Part shown: in pieces, positions 11,303-22,222 of the stretch
Layout of the letters: each line of letters begins with the position of its first letter
Position numbering within the stretch: position 1 is the stretch's first letter
NCBI GenBank assembly: GCA_946965045.2
Contig: OX337231.1
Location: forward strand, 868,001-932,000
DNA from: Epithemia pelagica
Taxonomy: Eukaryota; Protista; Bacillariophyta
Direction of reading: 5' to 3'
Length of the DNA stretch: 64,000 nucleotides
Notes under the pieces: generated by a model
The model's input: the letters and a program-made list of their open reading frames with translations, nothing else
What the model was told of the DNA's origin: nothing
Database searches by the model: none
Made by a program: the position numbers and the translations under genes

Positions 11303-13855
11303 ATGGTTTCACCATTATGTTCTTCAGCCTCATTAGTCGAACCGACTCGAATCGAAAAACGATTCCGAACAGCAACAACAACATCCACTGCGGGTGAAGT
11401 TGCCGAGGAGGTTGCCAATCAGGTAAAAGCAAGTGATTCTATTGCCAGTGTTGGTCACAGTCACAATAACAACAACGAGAACCCCCTCCCCAACGAAACG
11501 AAACGTATTTCATCCAGTTCGGCAGCGGTGTTATCAGCAGATTCCTTGGACAACTTTGGTTTGCCATTGGAGACTAGTTACGCAGAGGACTCTTTTGAAA
11601 GCATGTGCTCGAGTTCGAATCGTAGAAATCGTCACAAAGCGTGTAATGAATTGGGACAAGAACAGCAACAGCAGGAAAGAGCAGAACATGAAAGCGCAAA
11701 CGATGAACAAGATGAGTCGCATCATCAAGAGCAGCAAGCGGGAGAAAACCAAGTCAGCAATCGCAGTCAGGATCAAAAGATTGTCTCCCTGGAGGAACGT
11801 GTTCATGAACTCGAGACGAAACTGCTAGTTCTCTCTCGATTGCTTCAAATGCAAAGACCAAACAATGGCCAATCTAATATTGATGGTAGACGCCGTCCTT
11901 CTCCCGAGAACTCTCCTGGTTCTGTGCCACCGATTCCTCCGCCTCCGTTTCTCCATCCGCCCTATGTCCGAGGGCTTCATCATACCAGGCGAAGGGGACC
12001 CGTCACACCTCTTTTGCCTTCTTCTAGTGCTCTCGACTCTAGGAACGGCGATGAAAATGACGATGATGACGACGATCTGTCAGGAGAGCGAACGCCACCC
12101 CAGCAGATTCAAAGTCCTCTCATACAAAAGGATGCAAAGTCTTATGCAGCCTTTCCTCATCTGGAGTCACCAGCAACCTTTTTAGGAATGGATTCAGATG
12201 TTGTAGCCATGGCATGTACGCCGGATGAAGAGGAAGACAGATATCACGTAGTGGAAAGTACTGGGAAACCTGAAACAGCGACACCGAAAGAGACGAGGGC
12301 AAGAAATGCTATGGAACGCGAAAGCTCCATCGACTTGAACGAATCGACCCCGTCTAACCCAGCAACGTCAACCACGCCGAAAGCAGTGGTCAAACTACAA
12401 CGATTGACTCCTGATCAGAGGAATCTGTCCTTTAGAATCCTCTATGGCGGAGATGAAAATACCTATCAACAAGAGCATCGTGCTGACCCCAACGCAATGG
12501 CATCGATGACTCCAGCGGAACGACGTTGGTTGGGTGCATCCGTGATGCTGAAACAAAATGATCCACGGAAGGAGGAGGTCGAAAGCTCCAATAATACTGG
12601 CAACAGTCGAAATGTCTCTGAGGACATTGTTCGGAACAAGTGGCTGGACTATCTGAACAGCTTTCAAGAATCAACACACGATGTGGATATGCAAATGGAA
12701 GAATTTGTGAAAGTACCAGGTCATGTTGAGAGTATCATGACATTTGGCTTTTTCATCTCGGTGGATTGTTTTCTGTACATTTTCACAATCCTGCCCATTC
12801 GCTTCATTTGGAGCTTGCTGTTGTTAATACTTCGAATGTTTTCGTTTTCGAAGAAGCCTTCACCTCCCTTTCAATTTCATCGACGCCATACCTACCAAAT
12901 GATTCAAGTTTTCCTCTTGTATGTGATTTATCAATATGTCTTGGTTCCAATCAGTATTGGAAAGCTGTATCATTGGATTCGTGGACAGGCCATGATCAAA
13001 CTTTACGTTCTCATAGCCATCGTCGAAGTCTTTGATCGACTCATGTGTTCTCTGGGACAAGATTGCCTCGACAGCATGTATTGGAATGCTGTAAACCGTC
13101 CAAAGTCCAGTCGGATGCTTATATCTGTTGCAGTTGTTTTGCTTTACGCAACATGCCATACACTTCTTTTGTTCCTGCATGTGGCCACCTTGAACGTGGC
13201 CATGAATTCTGCAGACATTGCGTTGCTCGCTTTGTTCATATCAGGAAACTTTGCAGAAATCAAATCATCAGTTTTCAAAAAATACAACAAACCTGCCCTT
13301 TTCAAATTGACTGCAGCTGATATTTGCGAACGATTCAAGCTGGGCTTGTTCCTTGGCTTGGTTCTCTTGTTGAATATGTGTCAAGGGATGAACCAAGGCC
13401 AATTTATGGACTATGTCCGTGTTTGTGCAATTGTTTGGTGTGCGGAGCTGTTGGCGGATTGGGTGAAACATTCCTTTATCACGAAGTTCAACATTTTACG
13501 AGCAAAGGTGTACGTTGAATATGCTCTTTTGCTCGCAGGTGATTTCACTGGCATTGGACACGAAGGAGTAAATTTGGACCACTCCCATGCGGTGGTGAAG
13601 CGCATTGGGTTTGCCCAACTTCCGCTGGTTTGTGTCACTTTACGCCTCTTGCGCGAAGCGGCGAAGTACGCGACCATCAATGATTATTGGCCCCCGATCC
13701 CCGTCTTTAGTTTCTTGTCTGTTTTTGTTGTGTGGCTGGTGTTGTTGGCGGTCAAATTGGCCCTTGGAAGTTTGCTCCATCGCATATCGTGGAACAAACT
13801 TCAACGTGTACCTGAAATCATTCCACCGTCCGCCCAAAGCAAGAAAAAGCTATAG
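11303..13855 (+). CDS. TAPT1: TAPT1/EMP65-family ER membrane protein with long disordered N-terminus
   Basis: FGFFISVDCFLYIFTILPIR, IRGQAMIKLYV...VEVFDRLMCSLGQD, TLNVAMNS...LLALFISGNFAEIKSSVFKK, DICERF, DWVKHSFITKFN. First in-frame ATG at 11303; start uncertain. Confidence 0.88.
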   Translation: MVSPLCSSASLVEPTRIEKRFRTATTTSTAGEVAEEVANQVKASDSIASVGHSHNNNNENPLPNETKRISSSSAAVLSADSLDNFGLPLETSYAEDSFESMCSSSNRRNRHKACNELGQEQQQQERAEHESANDEQDESHHQEQQAGENQVSNRSQDQKIVSLEERVHELETKLLVLSRLLQMQRPNNGQSNIDGRRRPSPENSPGSVPPIPPPPFLHPPYVRGLHHTRRRGPVTPLLPSSSALDSRNGDENDDDDDDLSGERTPPQQIQSPLIQKDAKSYAAFPHLESPATFLGMDSDVVAMACTPDEEEDRYHVVESTGKPETATPKETRARNAMERESSIDLNESTPSNPATSTTPKAVVKLQRLTPDQRNLSFRILYGGDENTYQQEHRADPNAMASMTPAERRWLGASVMLKQNDPRKEEVESSNNTGNSRNVSEDIVRNKWLDYLNSFQESTHDVDMQMEEFVKVPGHVESIMTFGFFISVDCFLYIFTILPIRFIWSLLLLILRMFSFSKKPSPPFQFHRRHTYQMIQVFLLYVIYQYVLVPISIGKLYHWIRGQAMIKLYVLIAIVEVFDRLMCSLGQDCLDSMYWNAVNRPKSSRMLISVAVVLLYATCHTLLLFLHVATLNVAMNSADIALLALFISGNFAEIKSSVFKKYNKPALFKLTAADICERFKLGLFLGLVLLLNMCQGMNQGQFMDYVRVCAIVWCAELLADWVKHSFITKFNILRAKVYVEYALLLAGDFTGIGHEGVNLDHSHAVVKRIGFAQLPLVCVTLRLLREAAKYATINDYWPPIPVFSFLSVFVVWLVLLAVKLALGSLLHRISWNKLQRVPEIIPPSAQSKKKL

Positions 13856-14366
13856 TTTCATAAGATTGTATCCCAGTTTGTAATACAATGATGTCATCTA
13901 GCACTCGCATAAGTTATAAATTCTGCAATGATGGACAGAAGCTTGTTTTCGTCGTATTGGAAAGTGTCGTTGGTGGTGGTTCCATTTGAACCGATGAAGT
14001 TTGTTGTTTCTAGCCCCGTCAACCAAGGAAGTTTGTCATCTCAAGAGCAGTGGCGAGAACTGAGCACCAGTCTACACCTTCAAAGGTCACAAACTTATGA
14101 AGTATGCATATCTTGACTCAGCCGTTAAGTTGGAATAACTTGTTGACATAAAACACTCGGTTTTCGCATTGTCGCCCCGCTTGTGCCACATCCAAGTTTG
14201 GTGACAATGGAACGGCCAGATAACCCAATGAACAATAAAAAATAGTATGCATAAATCGAGCGTGACACTCGACTGTTTAAAGAAGTCCAAGAACACAAAA
14301 TTGACCACACTACCCCGTGCCAAAATCCCATCAAGAAAGAGAAAACCTTGTTGTGCCAAACTTTCC

Positions 14367-17034
14367 CTAGAAAGAATTCTCCACAATATTCACACCATTG
14401 CCGACGCGACTCGAGTTGGTGGATTCGTGACCTTCCCTAGACGATTGGTCTGATATGCCACGAAGTGGAGGCCCTGCGTTGGCCATTTGAAATGCACCAA
14501 GCATGTTGTTGCTGCTGGGAAGATCAGGTGGAGGTGCAACGCTTGTTTCCATGGCTTGCGGAGTCTCCCTACCCATTGGTTGAGCTGCAGGTTTCAGTGA
14601 ATCTGCCCCAATGCTTGATTTCAAAAACTGCCAATCTCGCACCACCAACAGCGCCACATCTCGCTTTGAACGACGCGTATCTTGCGTGTATCCTTCGTAA
14701 CTCTTCTTGATCACCTCCACCATGTCGTTCTCAATATCACTGCGGCGACCGGGTGCACGCAAAAGAAGTAAACGAAGCGACATAAAGTATGGGGTGAGGG
14801 AACTAGGGGCTCCGGCTGAGTTCGTTGGTTCTCCGGTAGCGGACATGTCCGAGAGTGGCATGTACTCCCCTAACATGCTAGCAATAAGCTGTTCGGTATC
14901 GTCGACCGATTTCAGTCCGGTCGTCTTTGGTAGTGGCTGGGAAGAAGGTCTTGCAACCTCTCCTTCAGACGGATGTTGGAGCTGTAATGTTCCTCCTGAG
15001 CCCGTCGACGAAGCGTCCTTGTTATCCCCCATTTCTACTACAAGTTTCCATTTCGGCTCCGGACTCAGCTTGGAGAGATCAGCCATAGTTTTCAGGACAA
15101 GTGCGGGATTCTCTAGAAGATCATTCACGCTGTACATCGACACAACGATCAGCCCGATGACATTGGTAGTCAAAGGAAAGCCGAAACCGGTTTTGACGCC
15201 ATACACCTTGGCACCTCCAGCGCGTTCAAAAAACTTGGGGTCTGCTTCATCCAGGTGTCTTTCCCATACAGGCTTGCCTGACTGGAAAACACGGCCAGGC
15301 AATCCGACACCAGAAGCAAAAGAGAATCTAGTACTGTACTCTCCATATTCATCTAATTGGAAAACAATAGAGGAATCGATGTTGTGATGGCAAGTCGCGT
15401 ATCCTGCGTGGAAAAGGCGAAGTCCAGGGGGGACGTCCTCGCCACTCTTTCTGTAGGAGGGCACCCAAACATCAACATGATGAAATGGGAGGTTGTTCCT
15501 TTCCATATAGTGTGCCATTTCTTCAAGGAACGGACCGCAATTCTTTCGGACAAGTTTCGGCATTCCTATGGCAAGATCGTCCAAACCGAGGAGCTTCGAG
15601 TAATCTTCTTGAGTAGCAGCATTATTGACACCATGGGCACCAATGTCCAAGATATTCGAAATGAAAGCAGCGTCTCCTTCTTCATCGGAACTGTTAACTG
15701 GATGAGCCGATGAAGTTGGAGAATCGGTGATGCTTCGGAATCTATGCATCTCAGAAGATCTGTCTCCAGAAGTAACCATCGTGGGCGCGAACTTTTTGTC
15801 AACCTTGGGTTTCTTGGGAGGTCGCTGCACCGGCACCCCGCCAAAGAATACACCCTCTTGCTCGTTTCGAACATCCGTCCGAAGCGCACGTCCCATTCTC
15901 AGACGACGAGCTTTGCGGAACCGTTCTTCTGCTTCAGATGCACGCCGTTCCATATCTTCGAGACTGGCGATCCAGTCATTGGCGTCCAACATTGAGCTTC
16001 CAATCTGGAGACACAAATTCGATAAGTGGGAACGCCAGAGACGCGAGTTGTTGAACTTCAACTCAAGCCGTGAGGCTTCCGAACTGATAGATTCGAGGAA
16101 CTTTTGTTCCAATGAACTCATAACTTCGACATCAAGTCTTGGTACCGGCGACGCAAAATTGTAGGAACGTACACTTAAGCGGGCGTTTTTCATTTTCTTG
16201 GTGAGACGACTGCTCTTACACAAGAGAACTTCTGCGAGAAATTCATTGAGCTTGAGACCATGCTCGACCGTGATCCTGCCATTGTCGAATGCGTCTACAA
16301 GGAAATCTACGTATGCAACCTCGTTATCTGTCCAGCGCCCGGTTCGTTGATATTGCTGATCAGACGACACGTTGCCACTGGTACCTTGGTTGTGCGATAG
16401 CAACAGATAAGATGTCTCAGCTTGAGTATCAATCTGGTTGAAATCGATGGTATTTTGACTGGAAGCACCCCCTGCGCTCGCAATCGCTTTCTCTTCCTTT
16501 TCTCGTAGCGCCGCCTTTCTCACCTCCACTGCTCGATCAACGTCTTCAGAGGAAAGGGGAAAGAGATGAATTCGGAAAACCGAGCTGGAACGACATGCTG
16601 GACAGAGCAATGTATTCGGTATCACCGGTTTGATCTCATTGCAGCGCAGGCCAGCTTCTGATACCACGAGATTTAGTGGGACACATCGCTGTCAATACGA
16701 TAAAACATAAAAACGCGTCAGGCGCTTCGATAGTTTTGAAATCAAGACTAACCAACATCCGGATATCATGACACCGTCATACATATGAAGAGTGCTTGAT
16801 GTCGATCAAAAATGGGAGCAACACACGTGGTTCGGTCCACCAGCAAGACAATGGAGCTGTACCGCAACAACAGCAAGGAGGATGTCGGCGCGCAAACGAA
16901 ATTATGGTTCAGAACAAACATACCGCATGAATTTCACAGCCACAACCGAGGATGCGGACGTCCGCTCCAGGATGAAGACAGAGCCTACAGCGACGACTGG
17001 GCCCACATGCTGCTCCCGAAGGAAAGGAAGACAT
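14367..17034 (-). CDS. RING-like Zn finger + stramenopile Myb-like domain + NLP-type GAF protein (2 exons; intron 16689-16923)
   Basis: Exon 1 (ATG 17034) ends CGCEIHA|GTATGT; the acceptor TTGACAG at 16689 continues RCVP in frame with the 766-aa ORF, giving CRLC...CGCEIHARC...CPAC. Then GRWTDNEVAYVDFLVDAF...LLCKSSRLTKKMK and YGEYSTRFSFASGVGLPGRVF. Confidence 0.8.
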
Positions 17035-19894
17035 GGTCCAAAAAGGGGCTGTCTGCTTATTGTAGTGCCACTGACGTTGTTCTGCTTGTCTGTGAAACAA
17101 GGATGTCCTTTCTGCTGTTGAGCGTTGTGTTGTTACATAGTAGTTTTCGTGGCTCCATACAATAGCGCTCGCTAGCAGCGGTGGATGTGGTGCCTTGTGC
17201 GTGGCTGTGGCCCCAAGATCGAGCGTTTTAATACTCCCTAGCGCGACCTTATGAAGGAAGATGGGACATCGGATGTTTTAAACGAAATTACTACTTCTAC
17301 ATCCGTAATACCTTCGCTAGTCTACGAGTAGAGCGTAATACTATTTTTTCTGCAATAGACCACGGGCAACTGTTTTCTGTTTTCTGCGTCTGTCTGTCCC
17401 TGCAGTTCTTGGGACCAACGCAGGGAATACTCGTAGAGAGGAATAGGGAATAGACAATAGACTACTATAACGACTAGCCAGTAAAAGGGCTCTTACTCTT
17501 ACATGTTAGTTGTACTCCCACGGTAAAATATCAAAATCATTAATACTCCTATAGAAACTAGTAGGTAGTGACACCCTCTAGATAGAAAGCTAGCTCTACT
17601 AGAGGAGAAATGACTACTCAATGACTCAGTGATCTACTTAGCCAGAGAAGTATTGTAGCTTGAAGGTTTGTGATTTTTTGTGAAGGAAGAAAAGGTTACT
17701 CGAATGCTGTTAAACTACCCACTACCCATCTCGCTACTCTTGACGGTAGTAGAACTAGATCAATTCAGCTAGTAGATAGTAGAGAGTGCTGCTGAAATAC
17801 TATTTTGTAAAGTCTGACATCTCTGATCTCCTCTGACCATCAGTGTAATCAGTAATCAGTAATCATTCTCAGTCTACTACCGGTAGTAAAACGCTCACCA
17901 CGTTTGTGATGGCTGATGCTTGTCGTCGTAATATTATTATGTTTGATGTTTGTCGTATTCCTCTGTCAAGATAACAGATGCTCAAGGATCTATAAGCTGA
18001 CTTTATGTCTCGTTATGAATTATTATTTATTATCAATAAAAGCTACCGCCATTGGACCTCGGGTTTCGGGTCATTCTCGAGTTCGAGATCTCTAATTATC
18101 TGTAGGAGTGGTCCTAACTCCCGTAGTATCCGAACAAAATACAACTGGGAGTGCAGCTACGTAGCTTCTGGTACATTCCTACGATACTTTATACGCCATA
18201 GTAGGTGGGCATCCACAAGACGATACCTTTGCTACCTTATCTATCTTCTTTTCCAATTTACTCCAACACCTCTGTATGTAGAGCGGAATAAAATCTCCTT
18301 GGCGATTCTGTATGAGCCTCTCCAGGTGCCCAAACATGGTGCCATAGTCTCCTTCTCTCTACCAATCTATCGTACCATCAGGATCCAGCCGTCACGGTCG
18401 TGGACAGGAGAAGCCGTTGTTTGAATCTCCCAACATGGCAGCAAACATTTGCCAAAATAGCCCTTCCTCCACCCGATATCTGTCCACTAAGAGACTCCTG
18501 TAGTAGCAGCACATACACGCACTCAAATTCACTACACTGGGTGTCGTCCATCGTTCATTCATAGGAGTAGAAGAGAAGACCACAATTCTCGCCCCTCGAC
18601 CATCCACAGAATGTATCGTCCGGGAGAAAGGTATCTAGATACCCTCCGTTTCAGTGCGACCGTGAAATTGGACGAAAAAACCGTTCTCTATGGACTAAAG
18701 AGGCGGATGGTATGACTCTTTTGGATCTCTTGGGTCTATTCTACCGACCTATTACTCCTACCTAGGTAGTACGGGCAGTGTCCGAGTGCAGAATGATTCA
18801 AAGTGTCCCTAAGGACGAACATGGAAGTGTTTTGGTGATTCTTTTTTATGGACATGCTCGTGAGATTAAATTCTACCTTGAGACGACAACCAACAACAAT
18901 ACTCTCGTTCCTTCGTTTGTTGCTCCCTTTCCAATAAGGATGACTGAATGGAGTGTCCACCACCACCACTTTTGTGTGGTGTGTACGGCGACCTGGCTTG
19001 TTATTATCTCAACCGTCCCGTGTAGAGAACATGGTTGAACGGGAAGCTCGTTTGGTTTGTGGCCTCGAGCAATTGCGTGCGCACAACGACTTGTCGTTGT
19101 TGTCTTGTTGATGATGGTGCTGTGATGTCGACATCGTCATCATGGCGATGGGTGCTTCTTGCGACAAGGCTCAAGGTGGCCCATTACGCCGACCAACTGT
19201 ATTCCCGACACTCGACGGTCGCAGGTTTTCGGGCAGGAGGAGGAGCCCTTGTTGCTCTTTCGGCTGCCACCTGGTCTGGTGGTTGGTCTTGTTGTTGCGC
19301 CATAAAGACTTGATAGATGCGGGAATGCAGGAGCAGTGCCTTGTCGGAGACCAACGAATACGATCACGACGACGACTCTTGTGGATGGTTGTTGCTGTTG
19401 CTGTTGCTGTTGTAGGATTTTGGATTGCCACCACAAGGGCCGAAGGTGTACGTGAAATGAAAAATGTGAGAAAAGTTGTATTTCAGTCATGAAGTACACT
19501 TACTTTCATAGTGCAGAGTTGTATTTTTGGCATGGTTTGCGCAACTGAAAGGGCAACTTCTAGTTGTATGGCATACTTCCGCAACTATAAGCTAGAGGCA
19601 CACTATGAAGTACGAAGACATACTCCTGATGGGACTGACTGGACTGATGCATACTCCTGCATCCGCTAAAATAGTACACGATTCGAGACCCAGTCAAGAA
19701 GAATACTACTGCAACTTCCGGTAATGGACTCAAAACGTACGAAATCTTCCTACTTCTCAGAGTATCGTCACGATGGAACAACCGTTTTCATATTGCGTTA
19801 TCACACACCAATAGCTCTGATATGATCATATTAGATACAGATTCTTTTGATATGAGGCAAGCATCCCGAGTCACGGATGTCGGGGGACATTGTA

Positions 19895-20186
19895 GATGTC
19901 GTTTGATGTCTTTTGATGTCTTTTGATGTCTTTTGATGTCGTTTGATGTCGTTTGATGTCGTTTGATGTTTTTATCGCCAACGAAGCTCTACTCTCCAGC
20001 AGTTGGTATTCTTCAACAGAAAACACGCGACTTGTTGACGACAGGCCCATCGCTGAATCAACTGAATGAGCACCGCTGGATTTTGACTCAAACCATGTTT
20101 CCGCGCGAGCCCGAAACGACATCAAACGACATCAAACGACATCAAACGACATCCCTCACGACATCAAACGACATCCCTCACGACAT
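19895..20186. repeat. Facing decamer arrays (GATGTC[G/T]TTT)n ... (AAACGACATC)n, copy 1
   Basis: Seven full decamers from 19895; seven ACGACAT cores at 20114-20186 on the opposite strand; spacer about 143 bp. Confidence 0.95.
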
Positions 20187-20904
20187 TCCCGTTTGTTCCA
20201 TACTACAATAGAGAGATTGGGAAACCATACTCTATGGCTTCATTATACGTATTTTGTATTAATATCGATCCTTTGTCGAAGAAGTTCTTGGTCTTGTACT
20301 CTGGGTATTGCTAGCGGATATGGGACTCACGGGTAGTTACCGGATTGTCGGAGACCAACGAATACGATCACGACGACGACTCTTGTGGATGGTTGTTGCT
20401 GTTGCTGTTGCTGTTGCTGTTGTAGGATTTTGGATTGCCACCACAAGGGCCGAAGGTGTACGTGAAATGAAAAATGTGAGAAAAGTTGTATTTCAGTCAT
20501 GAAGTGCACTTACTTTCATAGTGCAGAGTTGTATTTTTGGCATGGTTTGCGCAACTGAAAGGGCAACTTCTAGTTGTATGGCATACTTCCGCAACTATAA
20601 GCTAGAGGCACACTATGAAGTACGAAGACATACTCCTGATGGGACTGACTGGACTGATGCATACTCCTGCATCCGCTAAAATAGTACACGATTCGAGACC
20701 CAGTCAAGAAGAATACTACTGCAACTTCCGGTAATGGACTCAAAACGTACGAAATCTTCCTACTTCTCAGAGTATCGTCACGATAAAACAACCGTTTTCA
20801 TATTGCGTTATCACACACCAATAGCTCTGATATGATCATATTAGATACAGATTCTTTTGATATGAGGCAAGCATCCCGAGTCACGGATGTCGGGGGACAT
20901 TGTA

Positions 20905-21206
20905 GATGTCGTTTGATGTCTTTTGATGTCTTTTGATGTCTTTTGATGTCTTTTGATGTCGTTTGATGTCGTTTGATGTCGTTTGATGTTTTTATCGCCA
21001 ACGAAGCTCTACTCTCCAGCAGTTGGTATTCTTCAACAGAAAACACGCGACTTGTTGACGACAGGCCCATCGCTGAATCAACTGAATGAGCACCGCTGGA
21101 TTTTGACTCAAACCATGTTTCCGCGCGAGCCCGAAACGACATCAAACGACATCAAACGACATCAAACGACATCCCTCACGACATCAAACGACATCCCTCA
21201 CGACAT
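20905..21206. repeat. Facing decamer arrays, copy 2
   Basis: Eight full decamers from 20905; reverse-complement array at 21134-21206 identical to copy 1. Confidence 0.95.
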
Positions 21207-22222
21207 TCCCGTTTGTTCCATACTACAATAGAGAGATTGGGAAACCATACTCTATGGCTTCATTATACGTATTTTGTATTAATATCGATCCTTTGTCGAA
21301 GAAGTTCTTGGTCTTGTACTCTGGGTATTGCTAGCGGATATGGGACTCACGGGTAGTTACCGGATTGTCGGAGACCAACGAATACGATCACGACGACGAC
21401 TCTTGTGGATGGTTGTTGCTGTTGCTGTTGCTGTTGCTGTTGTAGGATTTTGGATTGCCACCACAAGGGCCGAAGGTGTACGTGAAATGAAAAATGTGAG
21501 AAAAGTTGTATTTCAGTCATGAAGTGCACTTACTTTCATAGCGCAGAGTTGTATTTTTGGCATGGTTTGCGCAACTGAAAGGGCAACTTCTAGTTGTATG
21601 GCATACTTCCGCAACTATAAGCTAGAGGCACACTATGAAGTACGAAGACATACTCCTGATGGGACTGACTGGACTGATGCATACTCCTGCATCCGCTAAA
21701 ATAGTACACGATTCGAGACCCATTGCTGCATTTGTATTTTTGCGTTATTCCCAGAGTACCTGAGACCTGAGTAGCTAGTAGCTAGGCCTAAGGCCTACGG
21801 CCTACTCCTACAAATACTCCTAGGAGTATTATTTACTCATACCCATCACAATCACCTAGAGAGTACATTATGTAACCTACTCCTAAACTTTTTCGGGACG
21901 TAATAGATTCCATTGTCGATCGAGGATCGAACCACATGTCTAAATCCAAGTCTCAGCCCATTTACGTCTATCTTCTTCTACTCCACCTGATAGCGGCCCC
22001 TGGTAGAGATAGCCTAAGGATTGCTTGAACAGAAAAGAAGGTTGGTCCAATTCCTCCTATTAGCTGAAGAACGCCATACTGGCTACCGATCCATGTCCAT
22101 CGGAGAAAGTATAGTCGATGGTCTCAGAAGCCAGTCACTTCGAAGTCTCATCCTTACATCTTGAAGACCAAAGGTGCCTACAAAAGGATGTTCCTCGTCA
22201 GGATAGATGATGGCTGTTGTGA

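Larger units (their letters stand above)
19341..21722. repeat. Near-identical A-B-A-B-A direct repeat (A 351-357 bp x3; B 653-663 bp x2)
   Basis: A at 19342-19692, 20346-20702 and 21366-21722; B at 19693-20345 and 20703-21365. The periods of 1004 and 1020 bp are explained by one extra GTTGCT hexamer and one extra decamer. Only three substitution sites noticed. Confidence 0.95.

Noticed and set aside
16792-17165. Two plus-strand ORFs (109 and 117 aa)
   Set aside because: They overlap exon 1 and the intron of the minus-strand RING/GAF gene, which explains the region better.
18630-18710. 14-bp palindrome GGTATCTAGATACC overlapping TA|CCCTCCGTTTC, reminiscent of a Stowaway end, with GCGGATGG|TA ~65 bp downstream
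   Set aside because: The putative TIRs match poorly and the element would be very short; chance is not excluded.
19895-21206. Repeat arrays considered as a CRISPR array or telomeric repeat
   Set aside because: The decamers are contiguous with no unique spacers, there are no cas genes, the context is eukaryotic, and the unit is not TTAGGG-like.
19140-21529. Short poly-Q / poly-VA ORFs and the TSNDIKRHQ-repeat ORFs repeated in each unit
   Set aside because: They are translations of the GTTGCT microsatellite and the decamer arrays; no evidence of coding function.
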